A stretch of DNA of 39,953 bases from a virus (taxonomy: Duplodnaviria > Heunggongvirae > Uroviricota > Caudoviricetes). Of the stretch, positions 28,154-37,353 are shown piece by piece. The DNA is taken from the IMG/VR virus record IMGVR_UViG_2563366923_000006; one strand, given 5' to 3'. Numbering within the stretch: position 1 is the first letter of the stretch; every line of letters starts with the position of its first letter. The notes under the pieces were generated by a model that did no database searches, was not told the DNA's origin, and saw nothing but the letters and a program-made list of their open reading frames with translations. A program made the position numbers and the translations under genes.

Positions 28154-29524
28154 ATGACGTGGAAAGACAGGCTTCAGGACGCGTCATTTCGCGGTGTGCC
28201 GTTTAAGGTTGAAGAAGAAAGTGCGGGAACAGGTCGCCGTGTGGAAACACACGAATATCCGAACCGCGACAAACCCTATACCGAAGATCTGGGAAAAGTC
28301 ACTTTCCGCCCGTCCATCACGGCTTATGTGGTGGGCGATGACTGCTTTGACCAGCGCGATCGCCTGATTGACGCGCTGAATAAACCCGGTCCCGGCACGC
28401 TTGTCCACCCGACTTACGGTGAGCTGAAAGTCTGTGTTGACGGAGAGGTTCGGGTCAGCACATCGAAAAGTGAAGGGCGTATTGTCCGCTTTGACCTGAA
28501 GTTTGTCGAAGCGGGAGAACTCTCTTACCCCACATCAGGTGCGGCGACGGCGCAGACGCTGATGTCATCCTGTTCTGCACTGGATGACTGCATCAGTGAC
28601 AGCTTCAGCGGTTTCAGTATCGATGGTGTGGCGGATTTCGTGCAGAACGACGTTATCGGTAATGCCAGCATAATGCTGGGGTATGTTTCTGATGCGATGA
28701 AAGTGGTGGATTCTGCCGTATCGGATGCCGCCAGGCTGTTGCAGGGGGATATCTCGGTACTTCTGCCGCCGCCATCGTCAGGCAAAAATTTCGTTGAGCA
28801 GGTGCAGAAAATGTGGCGTACCGGGAAACGCCTTTATGGTAACGCCAGCGACCTGGTCACCATGATCAAAACGCTTTCCGGTGTCAGCCTCGGCAGCGAT
28901 CTGCAACCGCGCGGCGTCTGGAAAACGGACAGTAAAACCACCGCCACGGCGACGCAGCAGCGTAACGTGGTTGCCAGCACCCTTCGTGCGACCGCAATCA
29001 GCGAAGCGGCGTATGCCGTCACCCGATTGCCTGCGCCAACAACTTCCGCGGTGATGCAGAATGCCGCAGTGGGGCAGTCAACAACTTCCGCGGTGATGCA
29101 GAATGCCGCAGTGGGGCAGTCAACAACTTCCGCGCAGAGCACCGGCTGGCCTTCCGTCACGCATCCGGCACTGAACAATGCACCGGCGGTGAAAAACACG
29201 GTTGACCTGCCAACGTGGGAAGAACTGACTGACATTCGCGACACACTGAATACGGCAATTGATAAGGAGTTGTCCCGTACAACCAGTGATGCGCTGTTTC
29301 TGGCGCTGCGCCGGGTGAAAGCAGATCTGAATGCGGATATCAACACGCGCCTTGAACAGTCTGCTCGGATCATTCAGCGCACGCCGGATGAGGTCTTACC
29401 CGCGCTGGTGCTGGCGGCGACCTGGTTTGATAACGCGGCGCGTGACGCGGACATTATCCGGCGTAATGCCATTACGCATCCCGGCTTTGTGCCGGTGATC
29501 CCTCTGAAGGTGCCAGTGCAATGA
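28154..29524 (+). CDS. DNA circularization protein N-like (Mu gpN-type tail protein)
   Basis: N-terminal MTWKDRLQDASFRGVPFKVE pattern; GGAG SD. Confidence 0.75.
   Translation: MTWKDRLQDASFRGVPFKVEEESAGTGRRVETHEYPNRDKPYTEDLGKVTFRPSITAYVVGDDCFDQRDRLIDALNKPGPGTLVHPTYGELKVCVDGEVRVSTSKSEGRIVRFDLKFVEAGELSYPTSGAATAQTLMSSCSALDDCISDSFSGFSIDGVADFVQNDVIGNASIMLGYVSDAMKVVDSAVSDAARLLQGDISVLLPPPSSGKNFVEQVQKMWRTGKRLYGNASDLVTMIKTLSGVSLGSDLQPRGVWKTDSKTTATATQQRNVVASTLRATAISEAAYAVTRLPAPTTSAVMQNAAVGQSTTSAVMQNAAVGQSTTSAQSTGWPSVTHPALNNAPAVKNTVDLPTWEELTDIRDTLNTAIDKELSRTTSDALFLALRRVKADLNADINTRLEQSARIIQRTPDEVLPALVLAATWFDNAARDADIIRRNAITHPGFVPVIPLKVPVQ
29037..29134 (+). repeat. In-frame 42-bp tandem duplication (2.3 copies) encoding repeated TTSAVMQNAAVGQS
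   Basis: Two perfect 42-bp copies (29037-29078, 29079-29120) plus 14-bp partial third. Confidence 0.9.
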
Positions 29525-30600
29525 ACGATAACGTCACGCTACGGGTAAATGGCCGGGAGTGGAATGGCTGGACATCGGTGCGCATCGGTGCCGGTATTGA
29601 ACGGCTGGCGCGGGATTTCAGCGTGGAGATCACCCGCCAGTGGCCGGGAGATGAGGGTATCACCACGCTTCAGCCGCGCATTAAAAATGGTTCAAAAGTG
29701 GAAGTGCTGATTGGTGATGAGCTGGTGATCACCGGCTGGGTGGAGGCGACCCCCGTTCGTTACGATGCCCGTTCGGTCAGCACCGGTATTGCCGGACGTA
29801 GTCTGACGGCTGACCTGATTGACTGTGCAGCCGAACCGACACAGTTTAACGGACGCTCGCTGGTGCAGATTGCGCAGGCGCTTGCTGCGCCTTTCGGCAT
29901 TGAGGTGGTGAACAGCGATGCGCCGTCGGGTGTTATTCCGGATGTCCAGCCTGATCACGGTGAAACGGTGATCGAGGTGATCAACAAAATACTCGGTCAG
30001 CAGCAGGCGCTGGCTTATGACGACCCGCACGGCAGGCTGGTGATTGGTGGTATTGGCTCAACGCGGGCACATACCGCGCTGGTACTTGGGGAAAACATCC
30101 TTTCCTGTGATACGGAGAAGAGTATCCGGGAGCGGTTTTCAGTTTACCAGGTGGCGGGGCAGCGTGCCGGAAACGACGATGATTTCGGTGAGGCCACCAC
30201 CACCGCGCTGCGGGCCCGCACAGAGGACGCATTTATTGCCCGTTACCGTCCGATGTATATCAGGCAGACAGGGCAGGCTACGGGGGCAGGCTGTATTGCC
30301 CGTGCGGACTTTGAAGCCCGACAACGGGCGGCGCGGACGGATGAAACCACCTATGTGGTGCAGGGCTGGCGACAGGGTAACGGTACGCTGTGGCAGCCCA
30401 ACCAGCGGGTGATTGTCTTTGATCCGGTCTGTGGTTTCGACAATACCGAACTGCTTGTTTCGGAAGTCACGTTTACTCAGGACCAGAACGGCACCCTGAC
30501 GGAAATCCGTGTCGGCCCACCTGATGCTTATCTGCCTGAACCCGAAGCCCCCGGCGCGCGGAAAAAGAAAAAAGCCAGAGTACAGGAGGAGCCGTTCTGA
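29521..30600 (+). CDS. Baseplate hub / Mu gpP-like tail protein
   Basis: Size and position in Mu-type baseplate module. Confidence 0.75.
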   Translation: MNDNVTLRVNGREWNGWTSVRIGAGIERLARDFSVEITRQWPGDEGITTLQPRIKNGSKVEVLIGDELVITGWVEATPVRYDARSVSTGIAGRSLTADLIDCAAEPTQFNGRSLVQIAQALAAPFGIEVVNSDAPSGVIPDVQPDHGETVIEVINKILGQQQALAYDDPHGRLVIGGIGSTRAHTALVLGENILSCDTEKSIRERFSVYQVAGQRAGNDDDFGEATTTALRARTEDAFIARYRPMYIRQTGQATGAGCIARADFEARQRAARTDETTYVVQGWRQGNGTLWQPNQRVIVFDPVCGFDNTELLVSEVTFTQDQNGTLTEIRVGPPDAYLPEPEAPGARKKKKARVQEEPF

Positions 30601-31148
30601 TGAGGACGATTGAAGCCATGCAGCGACAACTCCTCGGCCTGATTGGGCGGGCCGTGGTGAAAAGCATCAGTGCCGCCACGAAATGTCAGACCGTGGATGT
30701 GTCCCTGATTGCCGGTGAACCCAAAGCCGGGGTTGAACATCTTGAACCCTACGGTTTTACCGCAAGGGCAAACAGCGGTGCGGAAGCGGTGGTGTTGTTT
30801 CCGGATGGCGACCGTTCTCATGCGGTGGTTGTTACGGTGTCGGACCGTCGCTACCGCCTGAAAGGGCTGCAAACGGGGGAGGTGGCTGTCTATGACGATC
30901 AGGGGCAGTCCGTGACGCTGACCCGGGAGGGGATCGTGGTGGACGGTGCAGGTAAAACGATCACGTTTCGCAATGCGCCTAAGGCACGCTTTGAAATGGA
31001 CCTGGAAGTGACAGGACAGGTGAAAGACCTGTGCGACTCCGGCGGCACCACCATGTCAGCGATGCGGCTTGCCTATAACGGGCATCGTCACAGAGAGAAC
31101 GGTCAGGGAAGTAACACCGACAAACCTGATAAAGCGATGGAGGCATGA
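30600..31148 (+). CDS. Baseplate spike (gpV / Mu gp45-like)
   Basis: Order and size. Confidence 0.7.
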   Translation: MRTIEAMQRQLLGLIGRAVVKSISAATKCQTVDVSLIAGEPKAGVEHLEPYGFTARANSGAEAVVLFPDGDRSHAVVVTVSDRRYRLKGLQTGEVAVYDDQGQSVTLTREGIVVDGAGKTITFRNAPKARFEMDLEVTGQVKDLCDSGGTTMSAMRLAYNGHRHRENGQGSNTDKPDKAMEA

Positions 31149-31573
31149 TGGAACTGTGGCTGACGGTGAACGGTAAACGCACCTGCGCCAGCGCACCGCT
31201 GGATCCGCTGCCCCGCGCCGTGGTGATTTCCCTGTTCACCTGGCGGCGGGCGGAGCCTGATGACAACGCCGACGTCCCGATGGGATGGTGGGGGGATACC
31301 TGGCCTGCGGTACAGAATGACCGTTACGGCTCCCGACTGTGGCTGCTTCAGCGCAGCAAACTGACCAATCAGCTGGTGCAGACGGTAAGGGGGTATATCC
31401 GCGAATGCCTGCAATGGATGATTGATGACGGCGTGGTGTCCCGTATTGATCTGGATATCCGCCGCACCGGGATTAATGAGCTTGGTAACAGTATCACTCT
31501 CTGGCGTCGTGACGGACCGGTAATGATTTCTTTTGATGATCTGTGGAGTGCGATAACGCATGGCGGACAGTGA
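31145..31573 (+). CDS. Baseplate protein (Mu gp46 / gpW-like)
   Basis: Order and size. Confidence 0.7.
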   Translation: MMELWLTVNGKRTCASAPLDPLPRAVVISLFTWRRAEPDDNADVPMGWWGDTWPAVQNDRYGSRLWLLQRSKLTNQLVQTVRGYIRECLQWMIDDGVVSRIDLDIRRTGINELGNSITLWRRDGPVMISFDDLWSAITHGGQ

Positions 31574-32618
31574 ATTTCAGCGCCCGACGCTGGCAGAAAA
31601 TATCAGTATGCTCCGTAACGATTTATTCGCCAGGCTGGACGTCAGCGACACGCTCCGGCGCATGGATGAAGACGTGCGGGCAAAGGTGTATGCGGCGGCG
31701 CTGCATACGGTTTACGGGTACATCGATTATCTGGCAATGAATATGCTGCCTGACCTGTGCGATGAGTCCTGGCTGGCGCGACATGCTGCGATGAAACGGT
31801 GTCCGCGCAAGGGGGCCACGGCTGCCAGCGGGTATATGCGCTGGGAAGGTGTCAGCGATGGCCTGAAGGTGACTGCCGGGAGCGTGATTCAGCGCGATGA
31901 CCTGGTTCAGTACACGGCAACTGCCGATGCAACCAGCTCCGGTGGTGTCCTGCGTGTGCCGATCACTTGCTCAACTACAGGCGCGGTCGGTAACGCTGAC
32001 GACGGTACGGCATTAATCCTGGTCACGCCGGTGAATGGTCTGCCGTCTTCCGGTGTTGCAGATACCCTGACTGGCGGATTCGATACTGAAGATCTGGAAA
32101 CGTGGCGCGCCCGCGTCATTGAGCGGTATTACTGGACGCCGCAGGGCGGGGCTGACGGGGACTATGTCGTCTGGGCTAAAGAAGTGCCCGGCATTACCCG
32201 CGCATGGACATACCGTCACTGGATGGGAACGGGAACTGTCGGTGTGATGATTGCCAGCAGTGACCTGATTAATCCCATTCCGGAAGAATCAACGGAAACG
32301 GCGGCAAGACAACATATCGTGCCACTGGCCCCGGTGGCAGGCTCTGATTTGTATGTGTTCAGGCCGGTGGCACATACGGTGGATTTTCATATCCGCGTGA
32401 CGCCGGACACACCGGAAATACGGGCTGCCATCACCGCGGAGTTGCGTTCGTTCCTGCTGCGTGATGGTTATCCGCAGGGAGAACTGAAGGTATCGCGTAT
32501 CAGTGAGGCGATTTCCGGTGCGAACGGGGAATACAGCCATCAGTTGTTTGCACCGGCAGACAATATCTCCATTGCAAAAAATGAACTGGCGGTACTGGGG
32601 ACGATTTCATGGACGTGA
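31560..32618 (+). CDS. Baseplate J-like protein (Mu gp47)
   Basis: Order and size. Confidence 0.75.
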   Translation: MADSEFQRPTLAENISMLRNDLFARLDVSDTLRRMDEDVRAKVYAAALHTVYGYIDYLAMNMLPDLCDESWLARHAAMKRCPRKGATAASGYMRWEGVSDGLKVTAGSVIQRDDLVQYTATADATSSGGVLRVPITCSTTGAVGNADDGTALILVTPVNGLPSSGVADTLTGGFDTEDLETWRARVIERYYWTPQGGADGDYVVWAKEVPGITRAWTYRHWMGTGTVGVMIASSDLINPIPEESTETAARQHIVPLAPVAGSDLYVFRPVAHTVDFHIRVTPDTPEIRAAITAELRSFLLRDGYPQGELKVSRISEAISGANGEYSHQLFAPADNISIAKNELAVLGTISWT

Positions 32619-33193
32619 CAAACGATGATTACATCCGTCTGTTGTCGGCACTGTTGCCCCCCGGTCCGGCGTGGTCAGCCAGCGATCCGGCGATTGCCGG
32701 TGCGGCACCGTCATTAACCCGCGTTCATCAGCGTGCGGATGCCCTGATGCGGGAGCTGGATCCGCGCACCACCACCGAACTGATAAATCGCTGGGAGCGT
32801 CTGTGCGGCCTGCCGGATGAATGTATTCCCGCAGGGACACAGACCCTTCGCCAGCGTCAGCAACGACTGGATGCGAAGGTTAACCTGGCGGGCGGCATCA
32901 ATGAGGATTTTTACCTTGCACAGCTTGCTGCCCTGGGCAGACCAGACGCCACCATCACGCGATACGACAAAAGCACGTTCACCTGCTCATCGGCCTGTAC
33001 TGACGCGGTGAATGCGCCGGAATGGCGGTATTACTGGCAGGTCAACATGCCAGCCGCCACCAACACCACCTGGATGACATGTGGCGATCCCTGTGATTCC
33101 GCACTGCGTATCTGGGGCGACACCGTTGTCGAGTGTGTGCTTAACAAACTCTGCCCGTCGCATACCTACGTAATTTTTAAATATCCGGAGTAA
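32609..33193 (+). CDS. Tail protein (Mu gp48 / YmfQ-like)
   Basis: Position before tail fibre. Confidence 0.7.
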   Translation: MDVTNDDYIRLLSALLPPGPAWSASDPAIAGAAPSLTRVHQRADALMRELDPRTTTELINRWERLCGLPDECIPAGTQTLRQRQQRLDAKVNLAGGINEDFYLAQLAALGRPDATITRYDKSTFTCSSACTDAVNAPEWRYYWQVNMPAATNTTWMTCGDPCDSALRIWGDTVVECVLNKLCPSHTYVIFKYPE

Positions 33194-33196
33194 TCC

Positions 33197-33865
33197 ATGC
33201 ATCGTATAGACACGAAAACCGCGCAGAAGGATAAGTTCGGCGCGGGTAAGAACGGTTTTACCCGTGGTAATCCCCAGACTGGTACGCCTGCCACCGATCT
33301 GGATGATGACTACTTTGACATGTTGCAGGAGGAGCTTTGCAGCGTTGTGGAGGCATCCGGTGCCAGCCTGGAGAAGGGGCGGCATGACCAGTTGCTTACC
33401 GCACTTCGCGCACTGCTGTTAAGCCGCAATAATCCGTTTGGTGATATCAAATCGGACGGCACGGTACCAACGGCTCTCGAAAACCTTGGTTTAGGAGATA
33501 TCAGTGCTACAGGTGTTGCGACAGGTAGTATGGGCGGAACCGGATATGCCATATTTCCGATGATGATTGGCGGTGCACGTAAGACTTTTATTATGCAATG
33601 GGGATTGCTGACGCCTCTGAAATCAGGTGGCTATGTGAATATTAACCTTCCTGTCGCTTTTCCTACTATGGTGATGCAGGCATATGCAACACATGATAAT
33701 GCGACACTAAACACACGCCCGACAGTATATGCAATTACTACAACAAGCCGAACCACTATCACTGCGACGGCGACGTGCTTAGATGCTGGCTCAGTGGGCG
33801 CTACAGTGACACGCAGTAGTGACGATACTGCGTGTTACGGTCGTTATTTTGCAATAGGGTGCTGA
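33197..33865 (+). CDS. Tail fibre protein; constant N-terminus fused to variable C-terminus inside invertible segment
   Basis: [10 protein letters not shown]-terminus typical of e14/Mu-type fibres; recombination site inside the gene. Confidence 0.8.
   Translation: MHRIDTKTAQKDKFGAGKNGFTRGNPQTGTPATDLDDDYFDMLQEELCSVVEASGASLEKGRHDQLLTALRALLLSRNNPFGDIKSDGTVPTALENLGLGDISATGVATGSMGGTGYAIFPMMIGGARKTFIMQWGLLTPLKSGGYVNINLPVAFPTMVMQAYATHDNATLNTRPTVYAITTTSRTTITATATCLDAGSVGATVTRSSDDTACYGRYFAIGC
33475..33498. repeat. Invertase crossover site, left (hix/gix-like; GAAAACC-TT-GGTTTAG)
   Basis: Inverted partner at 35337-35362; encodes ENLGLGD. Confidence 0.65.
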
Positions 33866-33866
33866 A

Positions 33867-34310
33867 ATGAATCTTAAATATTTTTCTCCATCTGAAAATG
33901 CGTTTTATGCCGGGGAGCTTAAAGAAAGCTATATCGCTGCTGGCTCATGGCCTTCTGATGCCTCGGAGGTTGATGAAAGTCTTTATCTTGAGTTTATCGA
34001 TAAACCGCCAGCAGGTAAGTATCGAGGAGTGGATAATGCAGGAATGCCCTGCTGGCTTGAAATTCCTCCTCCCACAGTAGAGGAAATGGCATCGAATGCA
34101 GAGAATATAAGACAGCAGCTCATTGATAAGGCAAATGTTTATATAAACAATCGTCAGTGGCCGGGAAAAGCAGCGATAGGCCGTTTAAAGGCAGATGAAC
34201 TGGAACGATATAACCTTTGGCTGGATTATCTGGACGCACTGGAACTGGTCGATACTTCCGGTGCGCCAGATATTGAATGGCCTACGCCTCCGGCAGCTCA
34301 GGCCAGATGA
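33867..34310 (+). CDS. Tail fibre assembly protein (Tfa)
   Basis: C-terminal LDYLDALELVDTS-APDIEWP motif. Confidence 0.75.
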   Translation: MNLKYFSPSENAFYAGELKESYIAAGSWPSDASEVDESLYLEFIDKPPAGKYRGVDNAGMPCWLEIPPPTVEEMASNAENIRQQLIDKANVYINNRQWPGKAAIGRLKADELERYNLWLDYLDALELVDTSGAPDIEWPTPPAAQAR

Positions 34311-34884
34311 CATCCGGCGCGGTGCTGGTATCCGTTGCCGTCACCGCGTCAATGTAATCCAGCACAGCGTTTAATCGGGTGGTTTCTGTCTGCGTCAGCT
34401 TCCTCCCGGCCTGCAATTTCAGTTGAATCAGACTAATGGAAGCCATTGCAGTATCAATCAGTGACTGACGCTGTGCTTCTGCCGCGCTTACTGCGGCGCT
34501 ATGCTGTGCCTCAGTATCTGTCACCCATTTCTCACCATCCCATTTATCGTATGGCGTTAACGGGGCGATAGTGGTTGTATTTTCGGGGTAATCACCCAGA
34601 GCTGTGATTTCTTTGGCGTCTCCCGTTTCGGTGTTATAGACGATTTCACCGCGATGGTCTGGCACATATTCCCATGAGTTTAAATCTGCCGAACGGCAGA
34701 TTGCATAACCAGCCTTATGTATACCAGGTTCATCCAGACAGGAATATGCCGGGATACCAACACCAACGGCAAGATATTCATTTGAAGTGGAAATATATTC
34801 CCGAGTTTCACCATCATAGCTATAGACGGTAATATCCCCCGCCTTCGTGGCAATAAGCTCGCTATTTAATACAGCGTTATCCAT
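34282..34884 (-). CDS. Alternative tail fibre assembly protein (Tfa')
   Basis: Shares C-terminal LDYIDAVTATDTSTAPDVIWP motif with Tfa. Confidence 0.75.
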   Translation of the reverse strand: MDNAVLNSELIATKAGDITVYSYDGETREYISTSNEYLAVGVGIPAYSCLDEPGIHKAGYAICRSADLNSWEYVPDHRGEIVYNTETGDAKEITALGDYPENTTTIAPLTPYDKWDGEKWVTDTEAQHSAAVSAAEAQRQSLIDTAMASISLIQLKLQAGRKLTQTETTRLNAVLDYIDAVTATDTSTAPDVIWPELPEA

Positions 34885-35349
34885 TATGCAGCCCTCACGA
34901 TAAAGTTAAATGCAATATTTCGCGCACGTGTTTCCGTTGATGTTCTGGCAACAAGTGATGCATCAAAATAATAATTCGCCTGTTTATATGTACCACCTGT
35001 CGCAATTGGTGTGAGATTTGGTTGCACTATTGAAGAGGTAAATGCGCCGAAAGTATTATTATTTGTCCCCGTGGTCATATCAAAAAAGCTACCTGTAATA
35101 TTTTGCAGCGTATCGCTCTGAGCACTCAATAACGCTCGCCCACTGTCCACTCCACGCCCATCATCCCAGCCACGAATAAACTCACCCCGCAGATCTGGCA
35201 GCACAAGACCGGGGTAAACCAGTGCCAGCTTCGGATAATTTTCAGCTGCAAATGGAGCGCCGTTACATTTCAGCCATCCTGTTGGTGGAGTGGCTAAAGG
35301 CCACGGAACAGGCACACCAACGGGTAATGCCGAACCTTCTCCCAAACCA
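34884..35349 (-). CDS. Alternative tail-fibre C-terminal cassette (Sv'), expressed only after inversion
   Basis: Begins at crossover (INVGLGEGSA); LPDLRGEFIRGWDDGRG tail-collar-like motif. Confidence 0.65.
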
Positions 35350-35362
35350 ACGTTTATGAAAA
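35337..35362. repeat. Invertase crossover site, right (CCAAACC-AA-CGTTTAT)
   Basis: Reverse complement matches left site around the TT core. Confidence 0.65.
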
Positions 35363-35416
35363 TGCAGAAATAGCGCGCAAATGGCATCGTTCCTGTTTTT
35401 GTCAGGAGGAGCTATC

Positions 35417-35973
35417 ATGCTTATTGGCTATGTTCGCGTATCAACAAATGACCAGAACACCGATCTACAACGTAATGCGTTGAACTGTGCAGGATGTGAG
35501 CTGATTTTTGAAGACAAGATAAGCGGTACAAAGTCCGACAGACCAGGACTGAAAAAGCTGCTCAGGACATTATCGGCAGGTGACACGCTGGTGGTCTGGA
35601 AACTGGACCGACTGGGGCGCAGTATGCGGCATCTTGTCGTGCTGGTGGAAGAGTTGCGCGAACGTGGCGTTAATTTTCGCAGCCTGACGGATGCTATTGA
35701 TACCAGCACACCAATGGGGCGCTTTTTCTTTCATGTGATGGGTGCCCTGGCTGAAATGGAGCGAGAGTTTATTGTCGAACGTACTAGGGCGGCTTTGCCG
35801 CAGCACGACAAGAAGGGAGGAACGGTGGGCGAAAGCCAAAGCTGACAGTAGAACAATGGGGGCAGGCTGGCAGGTTGATTGAATCGGGAATATATCAGCA
35901 GCAAGTCGCACTGATTTATGATCTGGGTATTTCAACGGTGTATAAAAAATTCCCTGTAGCAAGTAAACCATAG
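35417..35973 (+). pseudogene. Serine DNA invertase (Pin/Gin/Hin family), apparently frameshifted, separating the catalytic domain from the C-terminal HTH
   Basis: Catalytic domain intact to ~35790, then premature stop at 35845; the +1 frame continues as a Gin-like HTH (PKLTVEQWGQAGRLIESGI...) to 35973. Confidence 0.65.
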
Positions 35974-35999
35974 CCTTACGCCACATTGATGATCGCGGA

Positions 36000-36695
36000 T
36001 TATGCACTATTTTTAGGTCTTGTAACCCGAGGTGGGAGTTGTTTGGTTATATGTTCAAGTGATTTTTTGCCCAAGATAGTTCTTTGGACAAAACTTTCTA
36101 TAGCTTCTAGCATTTGTTCGAACTCACTTTTATTCGGGCTCCAACTGCGATGTGCGGCGGCGTTTCCTGCATCAATTACTGAAGATATAACGCATGCCTC
36201 AGTGTCGCCTATGACTCCATCTTGTTTTAATTTTTCAACTTTTTCACCAAGCGGCAAACCGGGGTGAATTTGTAACAGTTCAGCAGTTCGATCAAAAATC
36301 GTCCGTAAACCGATGGACGAAAGAATGAAATGGTCAGAAGTATATGAAGAATACATTTCATTAAATATTTGAAAGAGCTGACGATCAACTGATTCAAGCT
36401 TGGATAACCATATCGGAGCTTGAAATGTTTCAGCGGCAGGATAGGTAGTGATCATATCTATAGGCGTTTCTACAAATTCACCATCACGATATTCGTGGGT
36501 AGTATGCTCACTGAAGTGTTCGTTGTGGTGATAGAAGACAGTATCACAGCCATTGCATTGGAGTAGGTGATGGTAATGGTACCCATAAACTGGATATTGG
36601 GAATCCTCCCAGCTAGTGGTTAGCTTCCCATGCACAGTGCAGTTACGTAACCCACCGCATGTAGGGCAAAGAGCCTTGAGTATTTCCTTTTTCAT
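36000..36695 (-). CDS. Cargo protein: N-terminal zinc ribbon (CxxC...CxxC) plus C-terminal helical domain resembling DUF4145
   Basis: Cys pairs C10/C13 and C47/C50; C-terminal GDTEACVISSVIDAGNAAAH resembles the DUF4145 GNxxAH motif (recalled); AT-rich. Confidence 0.55.
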   Translation of the reverse strand: MKKEILKALCPTCGGLRNCTVHGKLTTSWEDSQYPVYGYHYHHLLQCNGCDTVFYHHNEHFSEHTTHEYRDGEFVETPIDMITTYPAAETFQAPIWLSKLESVDRQLFQIFNEMYSSYTSDHFILSSIGLRTIFDRTAELLQIHPGLPLGEKVEKLKQDGVIGDTEACVISSVIDAGNAAAHRSWSPNKSEFEQMLEAIESFVQRTILGKKSLEHITKQLPPRVTRPKNSA

Positions 36696-36770
36696 AAAGT
36701 CTCTGATTCTATATGTAGGTTAAGACCACTATTAGCTATACGGACCTAATAATCAATCGTGTGCAGATAC

Positions 36771-36797
36771 AAAAAAGCCCGTATAGCGGGATTTCAT
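36771..36797 (-). terminator. Weak hairpin with T-run on the minus strand
   Basis: CCCG-CTATA-CGGG followed by TTTTTT on the minus strand; only a 4-bp stem. Confidence 0.3.
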
Positions 36798-37043
36798 GTC
36801 ACTAAGGGCCGCGGCTACTTTGCGTATCTTTTTTGTCTTCTCACCGTCTGGCCGGTATTTTGCTGAGACTGCTTATTTCCAGTTTTTACTAGTGCTGTAC
36901 TGGTACTGCCCAATCATGATTGGTGGGGGACGGAGTTGAGACCGCAGCCACGTCGTATGCAAGAACGCGCTGCGGTTGGCTGGTGAACTTTCGATAGTGC
37001 GAGTATTGAATGATTTCCAGCCGTTACAGATTTTACGTGTTTA

Positions 37044-37292
37044 TTAGTGAACAAACCACTCGTCAGCAGATTCCCAGGTATCTTTCAGAGTCTCCTGAAC
37101 AAAAGTTTTTGCAGAATCCTTATCTGCGGTGCGTGTAACAGAAAGGCCATCATTGCTGGTGGCTTTTACTAACACCTCAACATCGTCATAACGCTTACTG
37201 ATGCGTCGGGTTAATTCTTCCTTTAACGCATCCACAGCACCGGTTGGCATTTTAGTCATTTTTTCTTTGGCTATGCAGATTTCAATACGCAT
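37044..37292 (-). CDS. dinI: DinI-like DNA-damage-inducible protein
   Basis: MRIEICIAK ... [11 protein letters not shown] matches the DinI family pattern; GGAGGG SD. Confidence 0.8.
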   Translation of the reverse strand: MRIEICIAKEKMTKMPTGAVDALKEELTRRISKRYDDVEVLVKATSNDGLSVTRTADKDSAKTFVQETLKDTWESADEWFVH

Positions 37293-37307
37293 AAAAGTCC
37301 CTCCATA

Positions 37308-37323
37308 CTGTGTTTGTATACAG
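37308..37323. promoter_or_regulatory. LexA box (CTGTGTTTGTATACAG)
   Basis: CTGT-N8-ACAG match directly upstream of the dinI-like SD. Confidence 0.7.
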
Positions 37324-37335
37324 CATTATTTTTAA

Positions 37336-37351
37336 CTGTATGGATAAACAG
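37336..37351. promoter_or_regulatory. LexA box (CTGTATGGATAAACAG)
   Basis: Second CTGT-N8-ACAG match 12 bp from the first. Confidence 0.65.
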
Positions 37352-37353
37352 TG

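Larger units (their letters stand above)
33487..35349. other. Invertible DNA segment (~1.9 kb) carrying alternative tail-fibre C-termini and assembly chaperones
   Basis: Flanking inverted crossover sites; Sv/Tfa on plus, Tfa'/Sv' on minus; adjacent invertase. Confidence 0.7.
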
